From: Promethearchaeota archaeon
Lineage (GTDB): Archaea > Asgardarchaeota > Lokiarchaeia > Sigyniarchaeales > SOKP01
Direction: 5' to 3'
Length of the DNA: 64,000 nt
Assembly: GCA_048939995.1 (NCBI GenBank)
Contig: JBHLOY010000009.1
Span: 21,456 to 85,455 of the forward strand
Under the pieces are notes generated by a model that saw nothing but the letters and a program-made list of their open reading frames with translations, made no database searches and was not told the origin of the DNA. The first letter of the stretch is position 1. Every line of letters starts with the position of its first letter. This document shows positions 27,280 to 36,773 of this stretch, piece after piece. The position numbers and the translations under genes are program-made.

Positions 27280-27696
27280 ATGATAAAAGTTAGTACAAAT
27301 CTACATCACGCTCATCTCTTTGCATCAAGCATAGATAAGAGTTTAAATTTTTATAGCGAAATGTTTGGTGCAGAGACATTATTCGATTTAGAGATGGCAG
27401 GTGCTCGTAATGTTATGATATCCATTGGAACATCAAGGATAAATTTCTATGATCAATCGCCAAGAGACACAGGAAGAGGTGCTATACATCATCTTGGCAT
27501 CGAAACTGATAATCTTGAAAAACTTATAGAACAAATGAAAGAAAAGGGCTATGAATTTAAAAATAAAATTAAAACCTATGGATTGTGGAAATACGTTATG
27601 GTGGAGGGTCCTGACAATGTACTTTTAGAACTATTTGAAATTGTAAGAGATAGAATCCCTCAAGAACAACTGAAAAAAATATCATCTCTATACTAA
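27280..27696 (+). CDS. VOC/glyoxalase-family protein
   Basis: 'HHAHLFASSIDKSLNFYSEMFG' and 'IHHLGIETDNLEKLIEQMKEKG' are paired beta-alpha-beta-beta-beta modules with metal-binding His/Glu. Confidence 0.75.
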   Translation: MIKVSTNLHHAHLFASSIDKSLNFYSEMFGAETLFDLEMAGARNVMISIGTSRINFYDQSPRDTGRGAIHHLGIETDNLEKLIEQMKEKGYEFKNKIKTYGLWKYVMVEGPDNVLLELFEIVRDRIPQEQLKKISSLY

Positions 27697-27731
27697 AAAA
27701 GAAATAAAAAAAATAAATTTATTTTTACTTA

Positions 27732-28769
27732 TTACAGTGAATATCTTTGATTAATAGCAGTTTGAAATTGTATTTGTGACTGCTTACCAGCTTGGTATCC
27801 ACCTCGCTTTGAAACTAAATAGAATTGTATTATTGTTCCATTGTATTCTAATGCTATCCCTCTCCATTTATTATCTGTAGAATCGAGCTCGATTACATTA
27901 CCAAGACCAATTCCCTCGCGTGAAGAGTAATTAAAGCTTAATTGTTGTAGGATCGAGATTAGAATATCATGAAATTCACTTGAAATTTCTTTCATAGGTT
28001 TATTTTTGAATCTTATTGCTTCAATGGCAAATGCTTTAAAGATATCCCCACTCATGTATCTCCATACATTAGGATTTGCATAAAATTCGATTCCTATAAA
28101 TTCTTTATTAATAAAAACTGCAATTCCGCATTGATTTTCAACATTTTTAAAAGCTCTTATGAATTTTTCGGTTTGCTTATCTGAAATCTTTGTCATTTCA
28201 AGATAACTTTGAGTAGGTGCTATATTCATTGCGTACTTCATTTCAGCTCGATGAGCTTGAATTTCTTGCCATACTGCTCCTTGACCTGCTGTAGAAATTG
28301 CCTCAAACGCAACATTTGGATGGATTCTCGTGCTTGATGATTTGAATCCCTTCCCTTTTGTATAGGTCCATCGTGATTGTTCAATACATTTAGCAGGGAT
28401 CACATACTTTCGACTTGGATTCCCCGGATTTCTATTAAATACCTTTTGTTTTCCTCCAACTGGAAGTAAAATGGGTTCCCAAATAGTACGATCTTGCTTC
28501 CCACCATGAACAGTCATTCCAAATGGGATTAATATTTGTTTATCGCTTTTATTTATTACTTCTAATTGACTTACTGCTTCAGTTTCTATAATTTCTATTA
28601 AGCTTTGTTCCTCTGCTTGTTTAACACTAATGAAATCTATAAATTTATCATCTTGAATTATAATAGGTATAACTGTCATATTTTCATAAACTTGAGGAGT
28701 ACTCAATCTAAGAAAACCCAATGGATTTTCAAATATGGATTCAACAATCTTAATACTTTCACTTTTCAA
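27732..28769 (-). CDS. Conserved hypothetical protein, DUF6569-like by recollection
   Basis: The N-terminal pattern 'YENMTVIPIII....F.S..QA.E...IEIIET..VS.LEVINKSD.QILIPFG..V.GGKQDRT' resembles that family as I recall it. It is separated by 2 nt from the upstream wHTH gene. Confidence 0.45.
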   Translation of the reverse strand: MKSESIKIVESIFENPLGFLRLSTPQVYENMTVIPIIIQDDKFIDFISVKQAEEQSLIEIIETEAVSQLEVINKSDKQILIPFGMTVHGGKQDRTIWEPILLPVGGKQKVFNRNPGNPSRKYVIPAKCIEQSRWTYTKGKGFKSSSTRIHPNVAFEAISTAGQGAVWQEIQAHRAEMKYAMNIAPTQSYLEMTKISDKQTEKFIRAFKNVENQCGIAVFINKEFIGIEFYANPNVWRYMSGDIFKAFAIEAIRFKNKPMKEISSEFHDILISILQQLSFNYSSREGIGLGNVIELDSTDNKWRGIALEYNGTIIQFYLVSKRGGYQAGKQSQIQFQTAINQRYSL

Positions 28770-28771
28770 AA

Positions 28772-29176
28772 TTAATCATCCTCCAATTTTTTATTTTTCC
28801 CACTTTTGTTTTTATCATTCTCGTATAGAGGTTCTATGAATTGATTCACTATATTTTTTCCATTTTTGGTTAGCTCCACTCCTTGAGAGACTTGAAGTTT
28901 TCCTTTCTCGGTTACTCCATTTATTCTTAAACCCCTTTCTGCTTGAAATTCTGTTTCTGATAACTCTTCTTTATGCGCCTTAATTAAACCACCTCTTTTA
29001 AGGGCATTTAGATGATAATTCAAGTTTTGCTTTTGGATTCCTATATTGTCTGCGATTTCTATTGGCTTTTGGGCTTTTTCGGAAAGCTCCTTCATAATAT
29101 CCACCCTTACAGGGCTCCTAAATACGAGGCCGACTTTATCAAAAATCGGTTTTTTCTTTTCTTTCTTTTTGGTCAT
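28772..29176 (-). CDS. ArsR-like winged-helix transcriptional regulator
   Basis: 'VRVDIMKELSEKAQKPIEIADNIGIQKQNLNYHLNALKRGGLIKA'. Confidence 0.7.
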   Translation of the reverse strand: MTKKKEKKKPIFDKVGLVFRSPVRVDIMKELSEKAQKPIEIADNIGIQKQNLNYHLNALKRGGLIKAHKEELSETEFQAERGLRINGVTEKGKLQVSQGVELTKNGKNIVNQFIEPLYENDKNKSGKNKKLEDD

Positions 29177-29367
29177 ATAATCACTTTATTTTTAGTAAAA
29201 ATTTTTATGGTAAAAATCCTTTTTACTATAAAATTATATATTTATTCGAGTATTTAAAGATTTGTATTTCGTTATCTTTAGTCTGAAGATTGATAAACCA
29301 CCTTAGGTTCACTAATATTTAATTCTTTAATTATAATTATAATATATAAAGGTCTAAATAAGATAAT

Positions 29368-29871
29368 ATGAGGGATCTAATGTCAGATAATACCAAAAAG
29401 AATGAGGAACAAAAAAGGAGTGTTGCAGAAGATGAAGAAGACATTTTCAAATCTCTAAATCACAAAATTCGAAGAGATATTATTAAAATTGTAGGTAATA
29501 GGACCCTAAGTTTTACGGAAATTAAGACTCATTTAGAACCTATAGATAGTCCAACTCTTTCTTACCATCTAAAAAGTTTACAATCTATGCTAAATCAAAA
29601 AGAAAATAAATATGAATTATCTGAAATTGGAGAAGCAGCAGTTAATTTATTAAGTAAAACTGATCAATCAATTAGAATATCAAAATATAAAAAAAAATTC
29701 TTATATGCTTATTGTGTGACTGTAGTATGCTGGGTTAGTGCTTCAACGTTAATACCTCTTATTTTAAGTTTAAATCTTGGAAATTTAACAGTCATTTTAG
29801 TCCAAATTGTTATTAGCATTATCTCTTCAATAAATTATATAATGATCTGGACTTTAAGAAAAAAATCTTAG
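29368..29871 (+). CDS. Membrane-anchored ArsR-type wHTH protein
   Basis: 'LNHKIRRDIIKIVGNRTLSFTEIKTHL...SPTLSYHLKSL' followed by two C-terminal TM helices. Confidence 0.7.
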   Translation: MRDLMSDNTKKNEEQKRSVAEDEEDIFKSLNHKIRRDIIKIVGNRTLSFTEIKTHLEPIDSPTLSYHLKSLQSMLNQKENKYELSEIGEAAVNLLSKTDQSIRISKYKKKFLYAYCVTVVCWVSASTLIPLILSLNLGNLTVILVQIVISIISSINYIMIWTLRKKS

Positions 29872-29974
29872 TATATTTAATGTTAAAAACTTAGTAAAAA
29901 AATTTTTACTAAAACTCTCTTCACTGATTCATTAAAATTTCTCAAAATATACTTCTTAATTAACCAATTTTTGA

Positions 29975-30925
29975 GTGATTAAAATGAGTGTTGTTATTGA
30001 AACTAAAAATTTAACGAAAAATTTTGATGGGAGAATTGTTGTGGATCATCTTAATCTTAGGATTTATCGTGGGGAAATACTCAGTTTGCTTGGTCCCAAT
30101 GGTGCAGGTAAAACTACAACCATTAAAATGCTAACTACTATACTTAAACCTGATCAAGGTTCAGCATATATTAATAGATATGATATACAAAAAAATAAGA
30201 AAGATATCAGAAAATTAATTAGCATTGTACCTCAAGAGATAGTTTTATATGATGATTTATCAGGGTTAGAAAATCTCCTTTTTTTCGGTAAATTGCATAA
30301 TATACCTATAAGTAAATTAAAAACCGAAGCTGAAAATATACTTAGGGCCCTAGGACTTGCAAAAAGAAGTGATAAAGTAAAGAATTATTCAGGAGGCCTT
30401 AAAAGGAGATTAAATTTTGGAATCTGCACTATTATGAATACTGAGATATTATTTTTGGATGAACCTACAGCTGGTTTAGATCCTCAAGCACGGAATATTA
30501 TATGGCAAATGATTAAAGATAAGAAGAAGGAAGGAAAAACTATCATTTTAACAACACATGACATGTATGAAGCTGAAATATTGAGTGATAGAGTTCTGAT
30601 TATTGATAATGGTAAAATTATTGCTGAAGGTTCACCAAATGAACTAAAAGATAGATATAGTGAACATAATATTTTAGAACTTAAATATAAGTTAAATAGC
30701 CCTAATTTAAAGAAAATACTGACAAGTTTAGATTTTGTGAGAGATGTTATTATTAATGGTGATGTGAGCACAACTATTTATTTTGATGGAACTATGATTA
30801 ACTTTATAGAAATTTTAAATCAAAAGATAATAAATGATGTATCTGAGCTTGAATATATGCGATTAAGACAGAATACTCTTGAAGATGTATTTTTAAAATT
30901 AACTGGAAGGAGGTTAAGAGAATAA
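29975..30925 (+). CDS. ABC transporter ATP-binding protein (ABC-2/DrrA type)
   Basis: Walker A 'GPNGAGKTT', signature 'YSGGLKRRL', Walker B 'ILFLDEPTAGLD'. The likely start is the ATG at 29984. Confidence 0.9.
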   Translation: MIKMSVVIETKNLTKNFDGRIVVDHLNLRIYRGEILSLLGPNGAGKTTTIKMLTTILKPDQGSAYINRYDIQKNKKDIRKLISIVPQEIVLYDDLSGLENLLFFGKLHNIPISKLKTEAENILRALGLAKRSDKVKNYSGGLKRRLNFGICTIMNTEILFLDEPTAGLDPQARNIIWQMIKDKKKEGKTIILTTHDMYEAEILSDRVLIIDNGKIIAEGSPNELKDRYSEHNILELKYKLNSPNLKKILTSLDFVRDVIINGDVSTTIYFDGTMINFIEILNQKIINDVSELEYMRLRQNTLEDVFLKLTGRRLRE

Positions 30926-31752
30926 TGAAGATTCATTCTATAATTGAAATCACTATGAAAAACTTAAAGATAAGGTTGCGACAACGTCAAACATATTTCT
31001 TTTCTTTTGGATTTCCTTTAATCTTTACATTTGTTTTTTATTTTATATTTGGAACGCAAGAAATTATTTCTGGGTTTTCACTTTTCACTCTTTCAATATC
31101 AGGTTTGCTTATCTACACAGCTTCTTTTGGAACAATAAACACGGCTGTAGTTTTTTGCTCTGAAAAACAAACAGGTACTTTAATCAGAATTGATACCACT
31201 CCCTGTAAAAGATCAAATATATTCATCGGTACGTTGTTATCGGAGTCATTTTTCTTAATGATTCAATTGATCATTATGTTTATAGTAGGCTACGGAATAT
31301 TAAGGTTGAAATGGGGATATGATATCTCTAAAGGAGTGTTTAATCAGGATCTAATTCTATTGATAATAGGTTTTTTCATAGTATTTATATTTGGGCTCTC
31401 GACACTAGGATTAGGAATTATTATTTCTGCTTATGCTAAAACAGTAGAAGCAGGGTTAGGTATAGCTATGGTATATGTTATGCCTGTACTCTTTTTAAGC
31501 GGAGCAATGGTACCATTTGAAAATCCAATCGTTTATGCTTTTCCACCATTCTGGGCTAATCAACTATATCAACAAGTTGTCATCTTAGGACATAATCTAC
31601 TGACAGATTCACTATTAACTAATTCTGATAATATTTTAAATGCGGTCGCGACTAGAATTCCTTTGTGGGGTGCTTTGATCATAATTATTGCTTTTTTGGC
31701 TATCACACTAATGATCGGGATATTATTGTTTAATAAAAAAACACTTTCCTGA
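30925..31752 (+). CDS. ABC-2 type transporter permease
   Basis: Starts directly after the ATPase gene's stop codon (TAATG, no spacer). Six TM helices and typical ABC-2 size. Confidence 0.8.
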   Translation: MKIHSIIEITMKNLKIRLRQRQTYFFSFGFPLIFTFVFYFIFGTQEIISGFSLFTLSISGLLIYTASFGTINTAVVFCSEKQTGTLIRIDTTPCKRSNIFIGTLLSESFFLMIQLIIMFIVGYGILRLKWGYDISKGVFNQDLILLIIGFFIVFIFGLSTLGLGIIISAYAKTVEAGLGIAMVYVMPVLFLSGAMVPFENPIVYAFPPFWANQLYQQVVILGHNLLTDSLLTNSDNILNAVATRIPLWGALIIIIAFLAITLMIGILLFNKKTLS

Positions 31753-31765
31753 TTTTTCCTTAAAA

Positions 31766-33142
31766 TTAGCTTTTTCTAATAAATTCTAAATATATTTTAT
31801 TAAAAAGTGATTTTTCTTGTTCTCTCCATTTTTCAAATGGTTTAACACTATTAGGATAGTTTTTGTAGAGAGTAGTGACTTTATTCATATAATTCTTTAG
31901 GGATTTTAATTCAAGTAATAATCTTGGTCGAGTGATTCCCCTAAGGGATTTCTTAATTATTGCTTTAAAATCTAAATCTAACTCCCCTTGAAACCAAAGT
32001 TTACTTATATCACTACTGGTTAAAATTTTCTTTTTAATGACGAGATTTAGATATTTTGAAGGCTTATATTGAAAGAATAGTCTTATGATGTCTGAAGCAG
32101 CATGTTTTGCTCCAAAATCAGACATAATTATAGAATTGTATTCCCATAAGGTATTTAGGGATGGATCATTTGCATAAATGGCCTTTTCAGCTACATTAGC
32201 GGCATAGTAGCCAGCTCTCATTCCAACATCAATGCCTCCGCCATTAGCAGGGTGTACATGACATGCCGCATCTCCAATAAACATGATTCCATTATCAGCG
32301 CAGGATGGTAATGGTCTTCTTAAAGGTACAAGGCATCCTGCTGAAGAAATTATATTAATGTTAGTTTGGGGAATAAAGTAATCAAAAACGTATTTTTTAA
32401 AGTACTGCTTTATTGATGACTTATATTGTAAGAAAGTTCCTAGACCAATATTGATAGTATTTTCACTTTTAGGAAAATACCAAATGAATCCTCCTGGAGA
32501 TCGTTTATCGGGGTCAATAATTAGGGTACAATAATCCAAATCCTGAGGTAATTTCATTTCAGAAGGAAGCTTAATTATGCTACGATAGCATAGTACAAGA
32601 TCTCTCTTAGAAATTTCGTTTAATATAAAAGTGCTTTTTATTTTTCTTCTTAATGTAGAATGATAACCGCTCGCATCAATGACAACTTTTGCCTTCAAAT
32701 CAATTTTTGAACCATTTTTAAGCCTGACTTTAATACCATCAACACCTTGCTTATTATAAGTCAGATTTATAGCTCTTGTCTTTTCTAAAAACTGGTCAAC
32801 ACCAGCATTTATTGCCTCGTTGAGCAATCTTTGGCCAAACTTTAACCGATCAACAAGATACAATGGTGTTTTTATTGTTAATGAACTTTTTTGATCAGGT
32901 GAGTAAAGTCGAAAACCACATTTAAGGCTTAATAATTCTTCTTCGGGAGGATTGATATGCAAAAAATCAAAGATCGTCGCAAGGACAGCATCACCACAAA
33001 TCTTATTTCCTATATCATTTTTGGCATTACTATCAATTAAGCAAACATTTAAATGTTTTTGAGCAGCAAATTTGGCCGCAATTGCCCCTGATGTTCCAGC
33101 ACCAACAACAATTACATCGAAGCTAGGTGTTACATTCTCCAT
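31766..33142 (-). CDS. Geranylgeranyl reductase family FAD-dependent oxidoreductase (second paralog)
   Basis: 'FDVIVVGAGTSGAIAAKFAAQKHLNVCLIDS', 'KICGDAV' and 'FIGDAACHVHPANGGGI'. Confidence 0.8.
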   Translation of the reverse strand: MENVTPSFDVIVVGAGTSGAIAAKFAAQKHLNVCLIDSNAKNDIGNKICGDAVLATIFDFLHINPPEEELLSLKCGFRLYSPDQKSSLTIKTPLYLVDRLKFGQRLLNEAINAGVDQFLEKTRAINLTYNKQGVDGIKVRLKNGSKIDLKAKVVIDASGYHSTLRRKIKSTFILNEISKRDLVLCYRSIIKLPSEMKLPQDLDYCTLIIDPDKRSPGGFIWYFPKSENTINIGLGTFLQYKSSIKQYFKKYVFDYFIPQTNINIISSAGCLVPLRRPLPSCADNGIMFIGDAACHVHPANGGGIDVGMRAGYYAANVAEKAIYANDPSLNTLWEYNSIIMSDFGAKHAASDIIRLFFQYKPSKYLNLVIKKKILTSSDISKLWFQGELDLDFKAIIKKSLRGITRPRLLLELKSLKNYMNKVTTLYKNYPNSVKPFEKWREQEKSLFNKIYLEFIRKS

Positions 33143-33251
33143 GTTATTTTATATAAATCCATATTAAAAATAAATAACTTGCAGTATTACAAAATTTAAT
33201 TGGAATTAAATATTTTCAGCTTAATTCAATCTAATTAAAGAGGTGAATTGA

Positions 33252-34964
33252 ATTAAAAACAATGAGATCGCTGCTATGCTTTCCAAAATCGCAGACCTTT
33301 TAGAACTACAAGGAGTTCAATTCAAACCAATGGCATATCGACGAGCTGCTGGGAATATTCAAGAGTTATCGGAAGACATTGAAGAAATCTATAAAAAAGG
33401 AATGGTAGAAGAAATTGAGGGTGTGGGGAAGAGTATTGCTTCTAGAATAAGTGAATACCTTAAGACTGGAAGAGTTGAGTATTTAGAACAATTAAGAGAG
33501 GAACTTCCTGAGGGCATGGAACAATTAGTAGAAGTCGAAGGGATTGGCCCCAAAACTGCTTTTAGGTTAAGTAAAGAATTTGGATTCAAAACAGTTGAAG
33601 AACTAGAAAAAGCAATTAATAATGGAACTCTTGAGGGATTATCAGGGTTTGGGAAAAAAAAAGCACAAAATATTCTACGAGGAATTGAGTTATATAAAGC
33701 CTCAAAAGGTAAGCTTTTGTTAGTAGATATCTTACCAATAGCTAATTCCATAGAAAAACAGTTGAGGAAACTAAATTTCATTCAAGAATTAAATGTTGCA
33801 GGTTCAATAAGGAGAAAGAAAGAAACAATTCGTGATATCGATATACTTGTAAGCACAAATGAACCAATTAAAGTGATGGATGCTTTCACTAATCTTAAAG
33901 ATGTGAAAGACATAATCTCAAAAGGAGAAGATAAATGTACTGTAACTTTATACAATAATATTCAGGTGGATTTAAGAGCTATAAATAAAAATAGTTACGG
34001 ATCGGCTTTGTTGTACTTTACTGGTTCAAAAGAACATAATATAAAATTACGAAAGATTGCTCGGAAAAAAAATTGGAAGTTGAATGAATATGGTCTTTTT
34101 GATAATGCTACTAATGATAAATTAGCGGGAACAGAAGAATTAGAACTATATAACAAATTAGGATTAGATTACATAGTCCCTGAATTGCGAGAGGAACGAG
34201 GAGAAATTGAAGCTGCTGCAGCTGGAACATTGCCTAAGTTGGTTGAGCGGAATGAAATCAAAGGGGACCTTCACATTCATAGTAAATGGAGTGATGGGAT
34301 GAATACTATTGAGGAACTGTGTAAAGAAGCAATAAAGTACGGCTATGAATATATAGCCATTTGTGATCATTCTCATGGACTGCCGGTAGTAAAAGGCTTA
34401 AATGAGAGTGATATTCGAAAACAAATGAAGGAAATCGAACTGATAAATCGTAAAACCGACAACCTCACAGTTTTATCTGGAATCGAGTTAAATATTGATA
34501 AAGATGGAGGATTAGACATAAAAGATAACGTGTTAAAAGATTTAGACGTAGTGATAGCAAGTGTCCATTCTGGCTTTAAAGCTGATGAAAAAGCTATTAC
34601 AGAAAGAGTGATAAAAGCAATGCATAATGATTATATAACCATCTTAGGACACCCCTCAGGAAGAATAATCAATAGAAGATCTCCTTTGCAACTGAATTTG
34701 ATAAAAGTATTTGAAAATGCTGTAGAATTAGGAACAATCATGGAGATTAACGCCTATCCTGATCGGCTTGATCTTTCAGATGTGAATTGTTATAAGGCAC
34801 GTGAATTCAACCTTAAATTTTCGATAAATACAGATACTCATCGGTTAGATGAGCTTGGCTTTATTGATTTTGGAGTATTTACAGCACGGAGAGGCTGGTT
34901 AGAGCAAAAAGATGTCGTAAACACACTCTCGAATAAAGATTTAAAGAAAATCATTAATCTTTAA
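33252..34964 (+). CDS. polX: Family X DNA polymerase with C-terminal PHP domain (PolX)
   Basis: HhH motifs (IEGVGKSIASRI, VEGIGPKTAFRL), the polymerase-beta nucleotidyltransferase motif 'GSIRRKKETIRDIDILV' and PHP 'GDLHIHSKWSDG'. The first ATG is at 33276. The conserved N-terminal 'KNNEIAAM' is encoded upstream from an ATT at 33252 that follows the SD GAGGTGA. Confidence 0.85.
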   Translation: MKNNEIAAMLSKIADLLELQGVQFKPMAYRRAAGNIQELSEDIEEIYKKGMVEEIEGVGKSIASRISEYLKTGRVEYLEQLREELPEGMEQLVEVEGIGPKTAFRLSKEFGFKTVEELEKAINNGTLEGLSGFGKKKAQNILRGIELYKASKGKLLLVDILPIANSIEKQLRKLNFIQELNVAGSIRRKKETIRDIDILVSTNEPIKVMDAFTNLKDVKDIISKGEDKCTVTLYNNIQVDLRAINKNSYGSALLYFTGSKEHNIKLRKIARKKNWKLNEYGLFDNATNDKLAGTEELELYNKLGLDYIVPELREERGEIEAAAAGTLPKLVERNEIKGDLHIHSKWSDGMNTIEELCKEAIKYGYEYIAICDHSHGLPVVKGLNESDIRKQMKEIELINRKTDNLTVLSGIELNIDKDGGLDIKDNVLKDLDVVIASVHSGFKADEKAITERVIKAMHNDYITILGHPSGRIINRRSPLQLNLIKVFENAVELGTIMEINAYPDRLDLSDVNCYKAREFNLKFSINTDTHRLDELGFIDFGVFTARRGWLEQKDVVNTLSNKDLKKIINL

Positions 34965-35083
34965 TCTTTTATTAAAGACTCATTGTCTCATATCCATGAG
35001 AATTAATAGAAAATAAATGTAAATTTCATTTAATTTGGATGCATTGTAAAATCAACAGATATTGATTTTATTGTGATATATGA

Positions 35084-35551
35084 ATGTCCAACCTAGATAA
35101 AGAGAAATTACATGTAAGTTGTAAGGAGTCTTTAGAGCCCGAAAAAGAGTTTATTCCTCGTAAATATACTCTAACTCACTCAGATAAAACAGGAGACTTG
35201 TTTTTAACGGTTGATTGTGATTATGATTATGAGCAAATCTCGGGCTTATATACTCGATTTATGAGAGATGAAGTAGTGGCGGAATGGAAGAAGGATCAGG
35301 ATCAGTATAGACTGCATGTTTATGTTCATGTTAGTGGAGGTTTAGTTTTTGGTTGGGCAAGCATGAGGTATAGGATATTTCAGCACCATATGCCTTTAGT
35401 TCTTAAAACAATTCGAAATGGAGATTATAGATTATTTGAATTATTTCCCGAGTTAGATCAATCTCCGATTTTTATCCACTTTGAATCAAATCGAAAGAAA
35501 TATAATAAAATTGAAAGATTTGGGATTCTAAAGGATTATATTCAACATTAA
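35084..35551 (+). CDS. Staygreen (SGR) family protein, Mg-dechelatase homolog
   Basis: 'RKYTLTHSDKTGDLFLTV', 'DEVVAEW', 'VHVSGG' and 'RYRIFQHHMPLVLKTIRNGD' match the Staygreen family pattern as I recall it. Confidence 0.8.
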   Translation: MSNLDKEKLHVSCKESLEPEKEFIPRKYTLTHSDKTGDLFLTVDCDYDYEQISGLYTRFMRDEVVAEWKKDQDQYRLHVYVHVSGGLVFGWASMRYRIFQHHMPLVLKTIRNGDYRLFELFPELDQSPIFIHFESNRKKYNKIERFGILKDYIQH

Positions 35552-35988
35552 TTTTCTGTATTTTCCTTATTTTGAGATTCCTCAACTTCACAGTAACAAT
35601 TAGGAGCGTTAGTTATTTCAACACCACAATTACACGTTTTAGGATGATTATATTTTTCACAGATCTTATTAATTGTGTTACACGAGAATAAAAGATTAAA
35701 TTTCTCACTTTCAAGATGAGCTTGTTCAACTGTTAGACCTAATTCATTATAAAGGAATAATTCAAGTAAATGAGCATGTCGAGCTAATTCAATTGCTAAA
35801 TTTTTCCCTTTTTTGGTGAGTTCAACCTCTTGATATCTTTTGTAGCATACTAGTCCTACTTCTTCCAACCTTTTAACAGAACTTCCAACTGTAGAGTGAG
35901 CCATATTTAAATGCTTAGCAATATATCCAACTTTTTGCTTTTGTATTTTATCTATGTATCGCAATACTTTGTAATCAATCTCTTGCAT
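35548..35988 (-). CDS. DtxR/MntR-family metal-dependent repressor with Cys-rich C-terminal tail
   Basis: An N-terminal wHTH (GYIAKHLNMAHSTVGSSVKRLEEVGLV), the dimerisation helix 'HAHLLELFLYNELGL' and the tail 'CEKYNHPKTCNCGVEITNAPNCYCE'. It lies 29 nt downstream of the ZIP gene on the same strand. Confidence 0.75.
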   Translation of the reverse strand: MQEIDYKVLRYIDKIQKQKVGYIAKHLNMAHSTVGSSVKRLEEVGLVCYKRYQEVELTKKGKNLAIELARHAHLLELFLYNELGLTVEQAHLESEKFNLLFSCNTINKICEKYNHPKTCNCGVEITNAPNCYCEVEESQNKENTEN

Positions 35989-36017
35989 TTTTTAAAACCT
36001 TATGAATTTCTTTTGTG

Positions 36018-36773
36018 TTAATGCTGATGTCCAAAGAGTATAATAGTTAATGCCATTGTTATAATGCCTATCAAGATTAAAAGAATTTGACGTACAATGT
36101 GCTTAACTTCAGTTTTTTTGTGTAATTCTGGAGTTAGATCTGTTAATGCTATATATATAAAACTGGCTGAGGAAATTGCTAATAAATAAGGAACCGCTAC
36201 AGAGAATACCCCTAATACATAGAAGCTTATAATAGCTGAGGGAATTGTTGAAAGACTAGAAAGTGCATTAAGCAGAAGCGCTTTTTTTCTTGAATAACCT
36301 TGATGGAGCAAGATTCCAAAGTCTCCCGTTTCTTGGGGGATTTCATGAATTAGTACAGAAACTCCGACTACAATTCCGATTGAGAAATTGGTTAAAAATC
36401 CTGCAGCTATGACAATTCCATCAGTAAAATTATGGAATGCATCACCTACTAACACAAGGGGACCAGCAGCACTATGCACTTCACAAGCATCGCTTTGACA
36501 ATTACGCCATATTATAATTTTCTCTAAGATAAAAAAGAACAGAACCCCTCCTAAAACAAATAACATTATGAAATGAGGTTCTCCACCTGAACTTTCTATT
36601 GCTTCAGGGATTAAACCAAATAGAGAGGCTGTAAGTAATATCCCTATGGCGTATGAAATCAAAATAGATACAAGAATTTTCTGAAGCTTTTCACTTAATA
36701 AAATGAAACCAGCAGCGGCACATATGGCACCTAGACTACCTAAAATACTGAAAAGTAAAATCCAACCTAGAAT
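36018..36773 (-). CDS. ZIP family metal transporter, copy 2 (N-terminus extends beyond the first canonical start)
   Basis: 'HNFTDGIVIAAGF' and 'HEIPQETGDFGILLHQGYS'. The ORF track starts at the TTG at 36662. The frame stays open to 36788 and encodes a TM1 (ILGWILLFSILGSLGAICAAAGFILLS) colinear with copy 1. The only start-like codon there is the ATT at 36773, after AGGAGGT. Confidence 0.75.
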   Translation of the reverse strand: MLGWILLFSILGSLGAICAAAGFILLSEKLQKILVSILISYAIGILLTASLFGLIPEAIESSGGEPHFIMLFVLGGVLFFFILEKIIIWRNCQSDACEVHSAAGPLVLVGDAFHNFTDGIVIAAGFLTNFSIGIVVGVSVLIHEIPQETGDFGILLHQGYSRKKALLLNALSSLSTIPSAIISFYVLGVFSVAVPYLLAISSASFIYIALTDLTPELHKKTEVKHIVRQILLILIGIITMALTIILFGHQH

